DNA of 64,000 nucleotides from Phycisphaerae bacterium. GTDB lineage: Bacteria; Planctomycetota; Phycisphaerae; UBA1845. The notes beneath the pieces are model-generated. The model had not been told where the DNA came from. It saw nothing but the letters and a program-made list of their open reading frames with translations, and ran no database searches. Shown here piece by piece: positions 30,179 to 40,205 of this stretch (positions are counted from its first letter, which is position 1; each line of letters begins with the position of its first letter). The DNA lies in the NCBI GenBank assembly GCA_963666835.2, contig CAXXGO010000001.1, positions 1,536,001 through 1,600,000 of the forward strand, read 5' to 3'. The translations under genes and the position numbers were made by a program.

Positions 30179-30272
30179 GGCCGTTGAAAAAGGGCACAGG
30201 CACCTCGCCGAAAGCGTCGGATGGTGCTGTGAGCGCAAATCCGCTCGGAGCCGGTCCCCTTTTTCAACGGCC
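30179..30272. repeat. 94-bp inverted-repeat (MITE/REPIN-like) element, possible bidirectional terminator
   Basis: GGCCGTTGAAAAAGGG...CCCTTTTTCAACGGCC terminal inverted repeats between convergent genes; related copy at 38819-38901. Confidence 0.8.
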
Positions 30273-30280
30273 TCCCAAGG

Positions 30281-32434
30281 CTACTCCATACCCAGCACGC
30301 GAACCATGAAGGCCCATTCGTCGGCCACTTCCTCGATAGCCATCCAGGTGGGCTTGCCCCCGCCGTGCCCGGCTCTGGTCTCGATGCGAATCAGCGTCGG
30401 GGCCTTGCCGGCCTGGGCGGCCTGCAGGGCGGCGGCGTACTTGAAGCTGTGCGCCGGGACGACCCGGTCATCGTGATCGGCCGTGGTAATGAACGTGGCC
30501 GGGTACTTCGTGCCCGGTTTGATGTTGTGATACGGCGAGTATGCGTAGAGGGCCTTGAACTCTTCCGGGTCCTCCGGTGATCCGTAATCGGAGACCCAAG
30601 CCCATCCGATTGTGAACTTGTGGAACCGCAGCATGTCCATCACGCCGACGGCCGGCAGGCAGGCTCCGAACAGATCGGGCCTTTGGTTCATACACGCCCC
30701 GACCAGGGTCCCGCCGTTACTGCCCCCGCCGATCGCCAGCTTCGCCGGCTTGGTGTATTTGTTGTCGACGAGCCACTCCGCGGCCGCGATGAAATCGTCG
30801 AAACAGTTCTGCTTCTTGAGTTTCATGCCACCTTCGTGCCACTCCTTGCCGTATTCGCCGCCGCCGCGGATGTTGGCCATTGCATAGACCCCGCCCATCT
30901 CCATCCATACCAGCCTGCTCACGCTGAAGTAGGGCGTCAGCACGACGTTGAAACCGCCGTAGCCGTAGAGATACGTCGGGTTCTTGCCATTGAGTTTCAG
31001 GCCCTTCTTATGGGTGATGAACATCGGTACGCGGGTGCCGTCTTTGCTGTGGTAGAACACCTGCTTAGTCACGAAGCTGTCGGGATCGAAATCGACGGAG
31101 GGGCGGAAGAACAGGCTCTGCTTGCCGGTGTCCATGTCGTAGCGGTAGATCGATCCGGGGTCCGTAAAGCCCGTGAACGCGTAGAATGTCTCCGGATCGT
31201 CCTGTCGCCCGCCGAAACCGTAGGCTGACCCGATGCCCGGTAGCTTAACCTCGCGAATGAGCTTGCCGTTTAAGTCGAAGATCTTGACCTGGCTGTGGGC
31301 GTCCTTGAGGTACGAGGCCGCGAACTTGTGTCCGACCACGCCCGCTCCGCGAAGGGTCTCTTTCGCCTCGGGAATGACGTCTTTCCAGTTCGCCCGGTCG
31401 GGGCGGCGAAGATCGACCGCGATTACCCGCGAGCGCGGGGCGTCCTGGTCGGTCGAGAACCAGAACAGCGGACCTTCGTTGCCGGCGAAGTTGTACTGCG
31501 CGTCGAACCCGGTGATCAGCTCGACGACTTCCCCGTTGGGCGATTGCAGGTCTTTGTAGAAGATCTGGTTCTTTCGTTCCGAGCCTTTGTGGACGTTGAT
31601 GACCAGGTATCGCCCGTCCTCAGTTACGAAGCCGCCGAAGCTCCACTCCTTCTCGTCGGCCCGCTGATAGACCAGCCGGTCCTGCGTCTGCGGAGTTCCG
31701 ACCACGTGATAGTACAGCTTGTTGTAGTAGTTGGCGTCCTGCAGGGCCGCCCCTTCCTTCGGCTCGTCATACCGGCTGTAGTAGAAGCCCTTGTCGTCCT
31801 TGGTCCAGGAGACGCCGGAGAACTTGATCCACTTCAGATGGTCGGTGAGGTCCTTGCCCGTGTCGATGTTGCGGACCTTCCATTCGTTCCAGTCCGAGCC
31901 GGCGTCGGAGATGCCGTAGGCCACGAGTTTCGCATTATGGCTGACGGCGGTGCCGGCCAGGGATCTCGTGCCGTCCTCCGAGAACTTGTTCGGGTCGATC
32001 AATACCTTCGGTTCGGCGTCGAGAGACTCGGTCCAATACCGAACCGCATGGTCTTGGAGCCCGTCGTTTTTGGAGAAGAAGTAACGTCCGCCCTCCTTGT
32101 AGGGCATGCCGTGCTTCTCGTAATCCCACAGCGAGGTGATGCGCTCCTTGATGCGCTCCCGCGCCGGAATGTCTTCCAGGAATCCGAACGTCAGCTTGTT
32201 CTGGGCTTCGATCCACTCCCTGGTCTCCGGGGCGTCCGGGTCTTCCAGCCAACGATAGGGGTCCGCGACTTCCGCGCCATGGTAGACATCAACCTGATCG
32301 CCCATGCGGGCCTGAGGATAGTCGTAACCGCCGCCGAACATGGCACAACCGGAGCACGCCAGCGCCAACGCCAAAGCGCCGGCACAAAGCGCGACCGCCG
32401 GGTAACGATTTGAGGGTCTCAAAATTGCCATCAA
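30281..32434 (-). CDS. Prolyl oligopeptidase (S9A), probable lipoprotein
   Basis: DPYRWLED, GGSNGG (Ser), DHDDRV (Asp), AGHGG (His); lipobox-like ACSGC. Confidence 0.96.
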   Translation of the reverse strand: MMAILRPSNRYPAVALCAGALALALACSGCAMFGGGYDYPQARMGDQVDVYHGAEVADPYRWLEDPDAPETREWIEAQNKLTFGFLEDIPARERIKERITSLWDYEKHGMPYKEGGRYFFSKNDGLQDHAVRYWTESLDAEPKVLIDPNKFSEDGTRSLAGTAVSHNAKLVAYGISDAGSDWNEWKVRNIDTGKDLTDHLKWIKFSGVSWTKDDKGFYYSRYDEPKEGAALQDANYYNKLYYHVVGTPQTQDRLVYQRADEKEWSFGGFVTEDGRYLVINVHKGSERKNQIFYKDLQSPNGEVVELITGFDAQYNFAGNEGPLFWFSTDQDAPRSRVIAVDLRRPDRANWKDVIPEAKETLRGAGVVGHKFAASYLKDAHSQVKIFDLNGKLIREVKLPGIGSAYGFGGRQDDPETFYAFTGFTDPGSIYRYDMDTGKQSLFFRPSVDFDPDSFVTKQVFYHSKDGTRVPMFITHKKGLKLNGKNPTYLYGYGGFNVVLTPYFSVSRLVWMEMGGVYAMANIRGGGEYGKEWHEGGMKLKKQNCFDDFIAAAEWLVDNKYTKPAKLAIGGGSNGGTLVGACMNQRPDLFGACLPAVGVMDMLRFHKFTIGWAWVSDYGSPEDPEEFKALYAYSPYHNIKPGTKYPATFITTADHDDRVVPAHSFKYAAALQAAQAGKAPTLIRIETRAGHGGGKPTWMAIEEVADEWAFMVRVLGME

Positions 32435-32785
32435 CTGTCCCTTTCACACAGAACCGGTTCACCAGTAAGAGCCGCCCCCAGCGGCCGTCAGGTCCGCCTC
32501 GCCGAGTGGCGACGGCAGCACCTTCAACACCTGCAGCGCGGACTTGCCGCCCGGGGCACACCACGCCTTTGTAACCAACCCACGGACCCCGTACAAGCAG
32601 AGCCGCCAAGACCACGCCCCAGTTGACATCTTTTAACAGGATTGTACCGTTCCGCCTTTCCCTGGACCCCCGCATGTCCTCTGGTCACCGGGCCCGCGTC
32701 CCCGGACCTTCTCGACTTAATCGGTGCGGCACGCGCAAGCGACCGGCGTTTGGCGGATGAACGCGCAAGCTTGTCAGCCTTTGCG

Positions 32786-32965
32786 GCAGGTCTCGTACCG
32801 CGACCATGCCCTTCGAACCAGCTCGGCATCTGGCGGCGTGGCCACGTTCTTTTGAGTTTGGCGAATGCCGCAGTTTGTAGCATACGCGCGCGGAGTAGGG
32901 TCGCCTGAACACGGGGGAGCTGATGACAGTGCCTGCTCGCAGTCAACGGCAGATCTCGTGCGTTA
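32786..32965. repeat. Diverged copy of the REP unit and of the 181-bp element
   Basis: GGCAGGTCTCGTACCGCGACCATGCCC at ~32786, then GTGGCCACGTTCTTTTGAGTTT...CCTGAACACGGGGGAGCTGATGAC...GGCAGATCTCGTGC, colinear with 29481-29610. Confidence 0.75.
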
Positions 32966-33460
32966 ACCTTCGTCAGCGTCCTGTACGTAACGTAGGGATC
33001 CTGCGTGCGGCCTTTCGCACATCGCACGGAGTGACGCGAGTTCTCCACCTCTGAAGATGTGGGCCACCCGACGCTTCAGGCGAGCGGGCTCGTCGAAGTC
33101 CTTATTGGCACCCAATGCTTCGTACGACCAGGACTGACGAATTCGCTCATCAGCCGGTTGCGTCTTTCACCCTGCGAGGTCCCGACCGACCTGGCAAACG
33201 ACGGAATTAGCGAGTAATTAGTAATGTCCCCTTTCTCCCTTTCTTTCCGGATGGGTTTCTGGGAGGCACAAGGAGCCAGAGGCCGCCGTAGGCCCCTGGA
33301 GCAGGCAAACAGGCGTGATTCACGGCGAGAGCAACCGTTTTCGCTTGAACCGAGCAGGCCGTCCAGGTAGAGTGATTGCTGGAAGTTCAATGACTGGAGT
33401 ATTCCGGCTAAAGGGAGGTTCCGCACTTCAAGCCAAGCACCCCTGGATGGAGGGAAAAGG

Positions 33461-34726
33461 ATGATACGCCTGGAGGTAGCCGTCTTTCTTGCATTTGCGG
33501 TAGCCCTCGGTAAGACCGCGTCCGAGGCGCAGGCACAGAACATATACTGGACGGACAGTGATGGTCGCTCCATTCGCCGCGCTGACCTAGACGGTACGAA
33601 CATTGAGGAACTGGTTACGCGCACGCCGGGGTTTCCAGCGGGAATAGCTCTGGACTTGTCGGCAGGCCGGATGTTTTGGGTCGAGTCGTCCGACGGAGAT
33701 TACTTTGGCGGTCGTGATCCATCGATTCGCCGCGGTCAGCTCGATGGTCTTGGCGTCGCGACGGTGTTCGCAGAGTCGTGGATGTACCCGCGGGACATCA
33801 CCCTCAACGTGAACGAGGGTAAGATGTATTGGAGTAGCGGAGTGTGTCGCGGCTGCTTGTGCAACGGCTTTCCCTCAATCCAGCGCGCTGACCTGGATGG
33901 TTCGGACCATGAGTTCCTCGCCGGGGAGACATCTTGTGCCCCGCGGGGGATTGCTCTCGATCCCTCGGCCGGCAAAATCTACTGGACCGACTGGGGAGGA
34001 TGCGGTATGCTCTTCACCATTCCTCCAACGCTCCAGCGCGCTAACCTGGACGGATCAGACCTCGAGATCCTCATCGACACCGACGTCTTCGACCCGGAGG
34101 CAATTGCTCTCGACTTGAGCGCCGGCAAGATGTACTGGACCGAACTCGCGACGTGGGGCGACGTTCCCGCAAGAATCCGGCGGGCCAATCTGGACGGATC
34201 CGAGATCGAAGACCTGGTGACTTACGGCCTATCCAAGCCCAAAGGGATCGCCCTTGATCTCGCCGCGAACAAGATGTACTGGACCGACTCGGGTACCGAC
34301 ACAATCAGGCGCGCCAATCTTGATGGCTCCGGCATTGAAACCGTGGTCTCCGCCACCTCGGCAGGCGCGAGCCCAACCGGTATTGCCCTCGATCTCACCG
34401 GCGCCTGCTGCCAAGTCAACGGAACGTGCGTCGACATGGACGGCACGGTCTGCGTGAATCAGGGTGGCAACCCCGGCGGGGCCGGTACAGTTTGCGACGG
34501 CGACCAGGACGGCGACGGCTTGGACAGATTCTGCGGCGACGACTGCCCGAACGACCCACACAAAACCTCCCTGGGCATCTGCGGCTGCGGCGTTGACGAC
34601 TCCCTTTTTGCCCCTGAATGCCTGGGTATTCCCACGGTCTCTGTGTGGGGGATGATAGTCTTGACGCTGCTTTTGCTCACCGCCGGGAAGGTCTGCTTCA
34701 CCAAGTACCGGCGCGAAGCTCAGTAG
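33461..34726 (+). CDS. YWTD (LDL-receptor class B) beta-propeller surface protein with Cys-rich linker and IPTL-CTERM
   Basis: Repeated GIALD...KMYWTD...IRRANLDGS; GACC, DDCPNDP; IPTVSVWG plus TM plus basic tail. Confidence 0.9.
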   Translation: MIRLEVAVFLAFAVALGKTASEAQAQNIYWTDSDGRSIRRADLDGTNIEELVTRTPGFPAGIALDLSAGRMFWVESSDGDYFGGRDPSIRRGQLDGLGVATVFAESWMYPRDITLNVNEGKMYWSSGVCRGCLCNGFPSIQRADLDGSDHEFLAGETSCAPRGIALDPSAGKIYWTDWGGCGMLFTIPPTLQRANLDGSDLEILIDTDVFDPEAIALDLSAGKMYWTELATWGDVPARIRRANLDGSEIEDLVTYGLSKPKGIALDLAANKMYWTDSGTDTIRRANLDGSGIETVVSATSAGASPTGIALDLTGACCQVNGTCVDMDGTVCVNQGGNPGGAGTVCDGDQDGDGLDRFCGDDCPNDPHKTSLGICGCGVDDSLFAPECLGIPTVSVWGMIVLTLLLLTAGKVCFTKYRREAQ

Positions 34727-35158
34727 CCTCCGAGGCCTTGGCCAGGGTCCTCGCGGCTTGCCTCCGGACTCCACGGCACCGCCAGGAGCCTCTGAAGCCC
34801 GGTCAGTCTTTCCGTGACTGCGGCGGAAAGAGACGTAACCATGGTACTGCGGTATCGCGACCCGAGCGGCCGAGCACAGTGCTCTGACACGGTGAGCGCT
34901 ACCGTGGTGATGGTCAAGCTGAAGCAGAAAGGTGTCAGGAGGAGTTTCTCGGGAACATTAACGCGAGTGCCGGGCTACGAGAACAGGATGCCTCTCTGTC
35001 AGAAGCGCCGGGGCTCGTCGATAACGCCTCGGTCTGCGGAGCGTTGCGTCGGCATGGCCATTCCCCAAAGCACTGGAAAACCAACCTGGGAAAGTTGCCC
35101 CCCTCGCGCGGAAACGACCCCTTTATCCAGATTCTCTCAATGCGTTATCTGCTATCTT

Positions 35159-35186
35159 CATGGCCACGCAAGCGTGGCGCATGGCA
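35159..35186. repeat. REP-like palindrome forming the 5' exon of the intron
   Basis: CATGGCCACGC-AA-GCGTGGCGCATG hairpin ending CATGGCA. Confidence 0.65.
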
Positions 35187-35187
35187 G

Positions 35188-36096
35188 GAGCAGCCGACAA
35201 GGCTGCGGATCTTATGGGGTGAGAGTCCCCTCGCCGTCAGTTTCCCGGTTCGGACGGCTAGCTTATTCGATGCACGTGTCTGGTAACAGCACGTGTTCTG
35301 CTCGAACGAAAACGCCACGGCTGCCCTGCAGGCTCAGAACTGCAGCGGTGGGAGCGATCGGGGTGGCAAGCAAACTTGGAGGCCTGAACATTAGTGAATG
35401 GCTGCAGCTGCGAAAGTACGCCCGCTCGGGAAATCGCTGGAGCGGATTATTGCGGGAAAGCCGACCCGATTGCCATGCGGGGAAGGCCGACGTCATCGAG
35501 GGAAGAAACGGGAATGTGCACCTCGACGACCCGCCGCGGTAGGGACCCAGGCATCCAAGGAAAGATCTGCAGAGATAACGTCGGGAAGGGCCATCTCCCA
35601 GCAGGGACTGGCGACAACCTGCGAAGACTCGCCGACCAAGGCAACGACCGTAGGCGGCGAGAGGGATTTGGTCCGGCGCATGGGCCCGTATGAGCGATGA
35701 AGGCGGGGTAATGCCCGCTGACGTAGCCCGCGAGGCTGCGACGTGACGGGTAACGCCCGAAGCGTGCAAAGGGGCCCTGGATACTTGGCGGTCCTGGGGC
35801 GCTCCCGGACATTGAGCCGGGATCGAGCGTACCCTTAAAGAGTGGACGAGCGTCGCATGCAAACCACAGCCAAGAGGGGCGTATACGAGCCAGCGTTTGA
35901 GTTTCCTTGGTTGTGGGCAGGCAGTGGCGGGACAAGCCAAGGTCAGAACCGGACTCGGGAAATCCGACCGTCCGGGATCGTAGGGGGGCCTCGGGAAACG
36001 TGGCTCATGGTGGAACTGTGAACCCACTCCGCAACCGAAAGGGCGGATCTGGAAACCCTCCACCTAAAAGCGCGCGCGCCCGAGTTCTATCCCGAC
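35188..36096 (+). mobile_element. ORF-less group II intron (~909 nt)
   Basis: D5-like GAACCGGACTCGGGAAATCCGACCGTCCGGGATC (35946-35979); long D6 ending GTTCTATCCCGAC; D3-like GATGAAGGCGGGGTAATGCCCGC...AAAGGGGCCC; D1 elements GGGTGAGAGTCCC and GAAAGCCGAC...GGGGAAGGC; EBS1 TGCCATG (35471-35477) complementary to exon CATGGCA (35180-35186); no RT ORF. The 5' boundary is 35187 or 35188. Confidence 0.88.
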
Positions 36097-36142
36097 CCCG
36101 CCACCCGTTGCCTTCCTCTATAAGGGGCGGGGAATCCGGTGG

Positions 36143-38032
36143 TTAACCCGTTGCGTCTTTCACCAGCAAATCGTTTATCCGTTCGGCGAAGGCGGTGGGG
36201 TCCTCCAGCTTTGAGCCTTCGGCGATCAGGGCCTGGTCGTAGAAGAGGTGCGCGTATTTCTCGATCCGCGGGTCGGCGGGGTCTTTCTTGTGCAGATCAC
36301 GCACGGCCAGGACGGCTCGGTGCGCGGGGTTCAGTTCAAGCGTCTGCCGGGGACGGTCCGCGGCATCGCTGCGTCCGATTCGCTCCATGATCCGGCTTAT
36401 ATGCACGCCCATGGCGCCTTCGTCGAGGACCAGGCAGGCGGCGCTCTCGTTCATTCTCGTTGACAGGCGGACGTCCTTGACGCTCTCCAGGTGCTTACTC
36501 AGGTCCTTGAGCAGGTCGGCGAATTCGGTCCGGGCTTCGTCCAGCTTCTCCTTCTCGGTCTCGTCGGCGTCCAGCGCGCCTCTGTCCGCGGCCTTGAGCT
36601 TCTTGCCCTTGTATTCGGGCAGGGACGAGATCATGAACTCGTCGAACGGGTCGGTCATCAGAAGAACGTCGAATCCTCGGCTCCTGAACGCCTCGACGTG
36701 CGGGGAACGGGCGAGAAGGTCGCGGTCTTCGCCGACGAGGTAGAATATCTCTTCCTGCCCGTCGGGCATGGCCTCCACGTATTTGTCGAGGGTCGTGTAT
36801 TTGCCGGACTCAGTGGCGACGGACTCGAAGAGGGTGAGTCCGGCGATCCGCTCGCGGTTGGACCAGTCGTGAGTGACGCCTTCCCGGAGAATGCTCCCCA
36901 ACTCCTCGTGAAACTCGACGTAGGCGTCGTAGTCCTCGGTCCGCAGTTCCTCCAACGCCGAGAGGACCCGCTTGACGATGTTCTTCTGGATCTTGCCCAG
37001 AAGCGGGTTCTGTTGGAGCATCTCGCGGGATACGTTCAGGGGCAGGTCGGTGCAGTCCACCACGCCGCGCACGAACCGCAGGTAGCCGGGCAGAAGCGCC
37101 TCGCAATGGTCCGTGATGAACACCCGCCGGACGTAAAGGTGCAGTTGCGACTTCGGCTCCCCCCAAGCTAAGTCCAGCGGCTTGTGCTTGGGAATGTATA
37201 CGAGCACGCGGAACTCCGTAGCGCCCTCGGCGACGTAGTGGATCGTCTTGACCGGGTCGTGAAAGTCGCGCGAGATGTGTTTGTAGAACTCCTTGTGCTC
37301 TTCCTCGGTTACCTCGGACTTGGGGCGGAGCCAGATGGCCTTGCGGGTGTTGAGCGTCTCCTCCGTGACGGTTTTCACCCCTTCGTCGTCTTCCTTTTCG
37401 ACGTCCATGACTACGGGGTGCTCGATGAAGTCGGAGAACTTGGTCACCACGCGGCGCAGACGCATCGGCTGCAGGTATTCGCGGGCATCTTCGCGCAGGT
37501 GCAGGGTGACGTCCGTTCCACGGGTCTCTTTCTCGACCGATTCGATCGTATACTCGCCCTGGCCGTCGGATTCCCATCTGACTCCGGCGTCCTTCGCCCC
37601 GCCCGGCCGCGATAGCACCGTAACGCGATCGGCGACGATGAACGAAGCGTAGAAGCCGACCCCGAACTGTCCGATCAGGTCCGGGCGGTTCTTCACGTCG
37701 GCTTGGGCGAGGTTTTGCAGAAACGCCTGTGTGCCCGACTTGGCGATAGTGCCCAACTCGTCGACGATGGACTCACGGGACATGCCCGTTCCGTTGTCAG
37801 AGACGGTGAGCGTACCGGCGGTCTCGTCGACCGAGATACGGATCTTCCAATCGGAATCACCTTCCAGGAGATCCTCGTTTTCAAGCGAGTTGAACCGGAC
37901 GCGATCGATGGCGTCACACCCGTTACTGATCAGCTCCCTAAGGAACACATCCTTGTCGGAGTAGAGTGAGTGGGTGATGATGTCGAGGAGCTGTTTCAGT
38001 TCCGTCTTGAATTCGAGCGTTTCTGCGCTCAT
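36143..38032 (-). CDS. htpG: Molecular chaperone HtpG (Hsp90)
   Basis: SLYSDKDVFLRELISN, DNGTGM, LGTIAKSGT, IGQFGVGFY, DLPLNVSRE. Confidence 0.97.
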   Translation of the reverse strand: MSAETLEFKTELKQLLDIITHSLYSDKDVFLRELISNGCDAIDRVRFNSLENEDLLEGDSDWKIRISVDETAGTLTVSDNGTGMSRESIVDELGTIAKSGTQAFLQNLAQADVKNRPDLIGQFGVGFYASFIVADRVTVLSRPGGAKDAGVRWESDGQGEYTIESVEKETRGTDVTLHLREDAREYLQPMRLRRVVTKFSDFIEHPVVMDVEKEDDEGVKTVTEETLNTRKAIWLRPKSEVTEEEHKEFYKHISRDFHDPVKTIHYVAEGATEFRVLVYIPKHKPLDLAWGEPKSQLHLYVRRVFITDHCEALLPGYLRFVRGVVDCTDLPLNVSREMLQQNPLLGKIQKNIVKRVLSALEELRTEDYDAYVEFHEELGSILREGVTHDWSNRERIAGLTLFESVATESGKYTTLDKYVEAMPDGQEEIFYLVGEDRDLLARSPHVEAFRSRGFDVLLMTDPFDEFMISSLPEYKGKKLKAADRGALDADETEKEKLDEARTEFADLLKDLSKHLESVKDVRLSTRMNESAACLVLDEGAMGVHISRIMERIGRSDAADRPRQTLELNPAHRAVLAVRDLHKKDPADPRIEKYAHLFYDQALIAEGSKLEDPTAFAERINDLLVKDATG

Positions 38033-38261
38033 CGTACTCTCCTTCCGCCCGTCAACCGCAACATGAGTTTTCTAACGTCTCGCCCAGCCGGTCTCCCCGC
38101 CCGACCCTTGCTGGGGAGCTTGCGTGCGGATTATACCGGCCGTCTCCGAGCCGGTGCAACGCCACGCAGGTGGCGGCGCGGATGTTGGCGGATAGAAGGG
38201 GGGAGGATAGACTCCGTGGTAGGATGCCTCGTCGGCGGTTGTTCAAACGGAGAAACCTCTA

Positions 38262-38822
38262 ATGGCCCGACTTGATGTAGACCCGAACCGGTGGATGGAA
38301 CGGCCGCAGATCGCGCAGGAGACCCACGCGCGGATGGCGGACGAGGGGATCATCCTCGCTGCTTCGGACAGAGGCGGCCGGCTTAATCCCATGACGATCG
38401 GGTGGGGCGTGTTCGGTTGGATCTGGGGCCGCCCGGTGTTCACGGTTCTGGTTCGGCCGTCGCGTTATACGTACGAGTGCGTTGAGGCCACCGGCGATTT
38501 TACTGTGAACGTTCAGCCGGCGGATCGGCGCGATCTGGCCGATATCTGCGGGGCATCATCGGGACGCGACAGGGACAAGATGGCGGATCTGGGTTTGACC
38601 ACACTGCCCAGCCGGAAGATTACGAGCCCCGGAATCGCCGAGTGCCCGATCGTCTTCGAGTGCATGGTCGTCCATTGCAACGACGTCCTTCCCCCGGAAC
38701 TGGCCGCGGACATCACGCGCACGTATTACACGGATGGGGACTTTCACCGTTGCTACTACGGGGAGATTCTCAATATCTCCGTTGACCGGGACAAGTTCGA
38801 CTGCGGATGGGACGCGTGTTGA
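38262..38822 (+). CDS. Flavin reductase-like protein
   Basis: NPMTIGWG, VRPSRYTYE, ICGASSGRDRDK, FHRCYYGEI. Confidence 0.88.
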   Translation: MARLDVDPNRWMERPQIAQETHARMADEGIILAASDRGGRLNPMTIGWGVFGWIWGRPVFTVLVRPSRYTYECVEATGDFTVNVQPADRRDLADICGASSGRDRDKMADLGLTTLPSRKITSPGIAECPIVFECMVVHCNDVLPPELAADITRTYYTDGDFHRCYYGEILNISVDRDKFDCGWDAC

Positions 38823-38901
38823 AAAAGGGAGACGGCTCCGAGCCGGTTTCTACTTACGGTATCAGAAGACCCCTTCGGCGAGTTGCCTGTGCCTTTCTTC
38901 A
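38819..38901. repeat. Second, inverted and diverged copy of the 94-bp element
   Basis: TTGAAAAAGGGAGACGGCTCCGAGC...TTCGGCGAGTTGCCTGTGCCTTTCTTCA matches the reverse complement of 30184-30267. Confidence 0.75.
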
Positions 38902-38940
38902 TTACGGGTGGAGAATCCGGCAGATTGGGAGGATTGAATT

Positions 38941-39450
38941 GTGGAAGTGCTTGACGTTATCACCAAACGGTGCAGCGTTCGCTCTTACTCAGACCGTGCC
39001 GTGGAACGCGACAAGATCGACCGGTTGCTCGAAGCGGCGCGGCTGGCGCCGTCGGCCAGCAACCGGCAGGAGTGGCGGTTTGTGGTGGTCACCGATCACG
39101 ACATGCGCAACGCTCTCATGGAGGCGGCGAGCCGGCAACCGTTTGTTGCGCAGGCGCCGGTGGTCATTGCCGCGTGTGCCCAGACCGACGGGCACGTAAT
39201 GCGTTGCGGGCAGCCGTGCTATCCAATCGATGTCGCTATTGCCGTTGACCATATCACGCTCCAGGCGGTGGCGGAGGGGTTGGGTACTTGCTGGATCGGG
39301 GCGTTCGATGAGATTCAGGTCAAGGAGCTTCTGGCCATTCCGCAGGACGTTCGGGTCGTGGAGCTTCTGACGGTGGGCTATCCGGCAGGCGGACGGCCGC
39401 AACGCTCCCGCGTGCCGATGGACCGGATCGTCCATTGGGAGAAATGGTAG
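38941..39450 (+). CDS. Nitroreductase family protein
   Basis: RCSVRSY, APSASNRQEWRFVVV, GLGTCWIGAF, VGYP. Confidence 0.93.
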   Translation: MEVLDVITKRCSVRSYSDRAVERDKIDRLLEAARLAPSASNRQEWRFVVVTDHDMRNALMEAASRQPFVAQAPVVIAACAQTDGHVMRCGQPCYPIDVAIAVDHITLQAVAEGLGTCWIGAFDEIQVKELLAIPQDVRVVELLTVGYPAGGRPQRSRVPMDRIVHWEKW

Positions 39451-39461
39451 GGCTGCTCCCC

Positions 39462-40202
39462 TCAGAGATGGTTCACCCAGATGGCGGCCGGAATCGATGC
39501 GATCAGCAGAAACGCCGCTATCACATCCGCACGGGACACAGTTACTTCACGCAGGAAGGTGCGGTGGCGATGGAGACCGAAAGCTCGGCCCTCCATCGAT
39601 AGCGAGAGCGAATGGGCGGTGCGCAGAGCCGATACCAACAGCGGCAAGCAAAGGTGACGCAGGATCAGCCCCCAGCGACGCGGACCCCGGGCGTCGTAGG
39701 CGACCCCACGCACCAACTGGGCCTGATAGACGTTGTGGGCTTCCACGCGGAAGATCGGGGCCAGGCGCAGCGCTGTGACCAGCGTGAACCCCCAACGGTA
39801 GGGCAATCCAGCGCGCATCAGACCGCACGCCAGAGAGACCGGGTCGGTGGTGACCACGAATAGAGTGCTCATCAGCACGACGGCCAGCAGGCGACCTGCC
39901 GCACGGGTACCCGAGGTCAAGCCGGCGTCGGTGGCCGGTCCGAAGACCGGGTTCCCGCCACTGCCGGACAGGGAATGAGTCGCAAAGATTACGAGTCCGA
40001 GGGTCAGCCAAACCCTCTTGCCCGGGATACGCCACGGGGCGACCCCCGCGGTCCACAGCAGCACTATCGCAAGCCCCATGCCGATTAGCGGGGCGGCGGT
40101 CGAACTGGAGGCGAACACGATGATCGTTCCCCATGCAAGCCAACCGAGCTTCACCAGGGGGTGAAGACCGTGGGTGACTGACTTACCGGGCTGATAGTCC
40201 AT
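39462..40202 (-). CDS. ecfT: ECF transporter T component
   Basis: LHPLVKL, TTDP, ALRLAP, conserved Arg motifs QLVRG and SMEGRAF. Confidence 0.9.
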   Translation of the reverse strand: MDYQPGKSVTHGLHPLVKLGWLAWGTIIVFASSSTAAPLIGMGLAIVLLWTAGVAPWRIPGKRVWLTLGLVIFATHSLSGSGGNPVFGPATDAGLTSGTRAAGRLLAVVLMSTLFVVTTDPVSLACGLMRAGLPYRWGFTLVTALRLAPIFRVEAHNVYQAQLVRGVAYDARGPRRWGLILRHLCLPLLVSALRTAHSLSLSMEGRAFGLHRHRTFLREVTVSRADVIAAFLLIASIPAAIWVNHL

Positions 40203-40205
40203 CGT

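Noticed and set aside
29510..30309. Repetitive ORFs in several frames across the repeat region
   Set aside because: They are translation products of a 40-bp (non-triplet) repeat cycling through frames.
34814..36146. ORFs overlapping the intron (242 aa +, 266 aa -) as an intron-encoded protein
   Set aside because: No RT motifs such as YADD; they are incidental frames over structured RNA.
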